Source of the DNA: Octopus bimaculoides
Taxonomy: Eukaryota
Length of the DNA: 64,000 nucleotides
Direction: 5' to 3'
Assembly (NCBI RefSeq): GCF_001194135.2
Contig: NC_068981.1
Span: 108,125,963-108,189,962 of the forward strand
Part shown: positions 61,876-64,000 of the stretch, piece after piece
How positions within the stretch are numbered: the stretch's first letter is position 1
Layout of the letters: each line of letters begins with the position of its first letter
Translations under genes and position numbers: made by a program
Notes under the pieces: model-generated
Databases searched by the model: none
What the model saw: only the letters and a program-made list of their open reading frames with translations
Told to the model about the DNA's origin: nothing

Positions 61876-62530
61876 AAGATAAATATTTTGTGCTTTATAA
61901 CTTTATTATTATGGATGTGTCAGAGTTTGTTAATTTTCCCTTGTTTTCCACCAGGGTAACACAAAATGACTAATGTTGCATTACGAATACAATTAAAATG
62001 TTCTTATTTTGAACTTTAATGCCACTGTTGACCTTAGCAGATTTCAAATAATTATGAATTTAACACATTATTCATCAGTTTCAAATTTCAACAACAACCT
62101 GGGCAATATCCAATTACTGTACTGACACAGCAGGGAATATAAATAAAGTTGCTACTTTACCCATTTTCTTTGTCATGTTGTTTAACTGTCATCAGACGTT
62201 TGCACTATTTATTGTTAGTTTTGTTTTTATAAAAGAAATGCTTTAACAGATTTAGGTCAACAGAATGTCAAAAGTGCTGCGCCTATATTATCCCTAAGAT
62301 CTTCAACAGAAATGCACCCTCCACGTTAGTATCTGACAAAACAATGTGTCCTCCTCCTCCTCCTCCTCACCACCACCACCACCACCACCACCAATCACCA
62401 CCACCACAGCCACTACCAGCAATGTGTCTATGTTGCTTTTCCATGTTGGCATTTGTTGTCTTACTGAGCAGTATGTCACCAATTCTTATTTCTTTTACAA
62501 ATAAAGTATTTTTAATCCACCAGTACTCAC

Positions 62531-62621
62531 ATCTTGAAAGCAACAAAACTGCCAAGCTATGGGGTCATATTTTCTACAGATGTAAGCAAGCATCATTGCT
62601 TTTGCTCAAATAGTGTCAATG
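62531..62621 (-). other. Candidate 91-bp exon in unique sequence (function unknown)
   Basis: Minus-strand acceptor tttgtattttAG and donor AT|GTGAGT. All three frames stop near the 5' end, but an internal ATG reads MMLAYICRKYDPIAWQFCCFQD to the donor. Confidence 0.25.
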
Positions 62622-62979
62622 CTAAAATACAAATTCATACACATAATATATATACTAGATTTGATATGTATATGAACAGATTGGCTACTTGTATCTCTGA
62701 GATTGGTCAAGTGATGTAGATACATCTGTTGAAACCATGATCAGAGCCAAAAATTAATTAAGTCTGTTCATTTCTTTCATTCTACAGTGAAATAGGTGAA
62801 GTTGACATGTTTGTACATTCGTTATGTGGATTTACCACACACACACACACACACAATAATGTACACTTCGATTAATATATATATATATATACATACATCA
62901 TTATCTCTTTTTTTACCTTTTACTTGTTTTAGTCATGAGATGGTAACCATGCTGGGGCACTACCTAGCAATGAATTCAG

Positions 62980-63612
62980 TATACAGGTAAGAGTTCATTA
63001 AGGATCGGTTCTCAGCCCCCTTTGTTTGTCATAGTCCTCCAGGCCATAACTGAAGAATTTAAGACAGGCTGCCCTTGAGAGCTCCTCTATACTGATACTT
63101 TGTTCTTAAAGCTGAATCATTACCAGAACTAGAGAAGAAACTTCAGGTGGGGGAGTAAAGTTAAGAATCAAAGGGCCTTAGAGTTAATTTAGCAAAGACC
63201 AAAGTCCTAGAAAGTTGGAAAACAACGAATCCCTTCAGGGAGATGACCTGACTTGATATGTAGGAAAGCTGTAGGTAGAAACTCCATAAAGCATACCCGG
63301 TGCAAGCTATGGAGACATAAGAGGTGTAGCAGTATGAGAGAAAGGTTAACAGAAAAAGTAGTCTTTATATGTGGCAGATGTGCAGGTACAATAAACACAG
63401 ACTTTGTCAAATGCTCAGAGGAGTACTTAGAAGTAGTAGATAGCTTCCATCACCTAGGTAACCAAGTCAGCAGTAGAGGAGGATGCTCTGAGAGCATAGC
63501 TTCTAGAATAAGAATGGATTGGGCAGCGTCCAGAGAGCTTCTACCTTTGTTGGTGACAGAGGGCCTCTCCCTCAGAGTGAAAGACAGATTGTATGATGCC
63601 TGTGTATGAACA
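62980..63612 (+). mobile_element. RTE LINE RT fragment
   Basis: GSVLSP.LFVIVLQAITEEFKTGCP*ELLY and LEVVDSFHHLG..GGCSES. Confidence 0.9.
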
Positions 63613-63628
63613 GATGTAGGATTAATAA

Positions 63629-64000
63629 AGGTATGCATTAGTGCTTCATCATAGATTAGCTACTGTCATCTCAGCCTATGCACCTCAACCTGGGCTACCA
63701 GATGGTCTGAAAGACCAATTCTATGACACCATCTTGCAAACTACCTCGTCGACGAGTGACAGGGACCTTCTCTTTGTGACTGGAGACTTCAACGGTCATG
63801 TCGGACGTCGTGCTGGGGGCTTCCATGGCATACATGGAGGCTATGGCTTCGGTTCCCGCAACGAGGAGGGAACCAGACTGCTGGAGTTCTGTGATGCAAC
63901 CAATCTTATGGTCTGCAATACCAACTTCAGGAAACCTGCCAGTCACCTAGTCACCTACCGCTCCGGCAGACACTCTAGCCAAATCGACTACATCCTCGCC
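63629..64000 (+). mobile_element. Well-preserved RTE LINE, AP endonuclease domain, continues past the window end
   Basis: Uninterrupted frame ..ISAYAPQ..GDFNGHVG..GYGFGSRNEEGTRLLEFC..NTNFRKPASHLVTYRSG..SQIDYIL, with many CpGs retained. Confidence 0.93.

Overview
AT-rich, microsatellite-dense eukaryotic DNA with many assembly gaps. The repeat families look like an octopus-type cephalopod draft genome; this is an inference from remembered repeat families, not a database match. The only host coding sequence I can support is the terminal exon of a divergent UNC-93-like MFS membrane protein gene (838-1064, +). The rest is mostly decayed transposable elements: three mariner relics, a maT-type and a Tc1 relic, a GC-rich hAT transposase relic, a Helitron, many RTE/RTEX/CR1-group/R4 LINE fragments, tRNA-derived SINEs, several foldback hairpins and three Penelope-like (GIY-YIG) fragments. 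Best leads: (1) a Penelope-like insertion (11758-12585, 10-bp TSD) whose ~239-bp terminal repeat combines a tRNA-like Pol III head with a minimal type I hammerhead ribozyme; (2) a second Penelope family whose hammerhead core reads CUGUUGA in both copies; (3) a nested stack at 44.8-53.8 kb. In that stack an R4-type LINE is split by a Mag-type Gypsy element, which carries a solo LTR, a Tx1-like LINE tail and a TSD-flanked ORF1-only (HAL1-like) retroposon; the last two sit at the same LTR position. Most ORFs in the supplied track are microsatellite or N-gap artefacts. Boundaries of decayed repeats are approximate.
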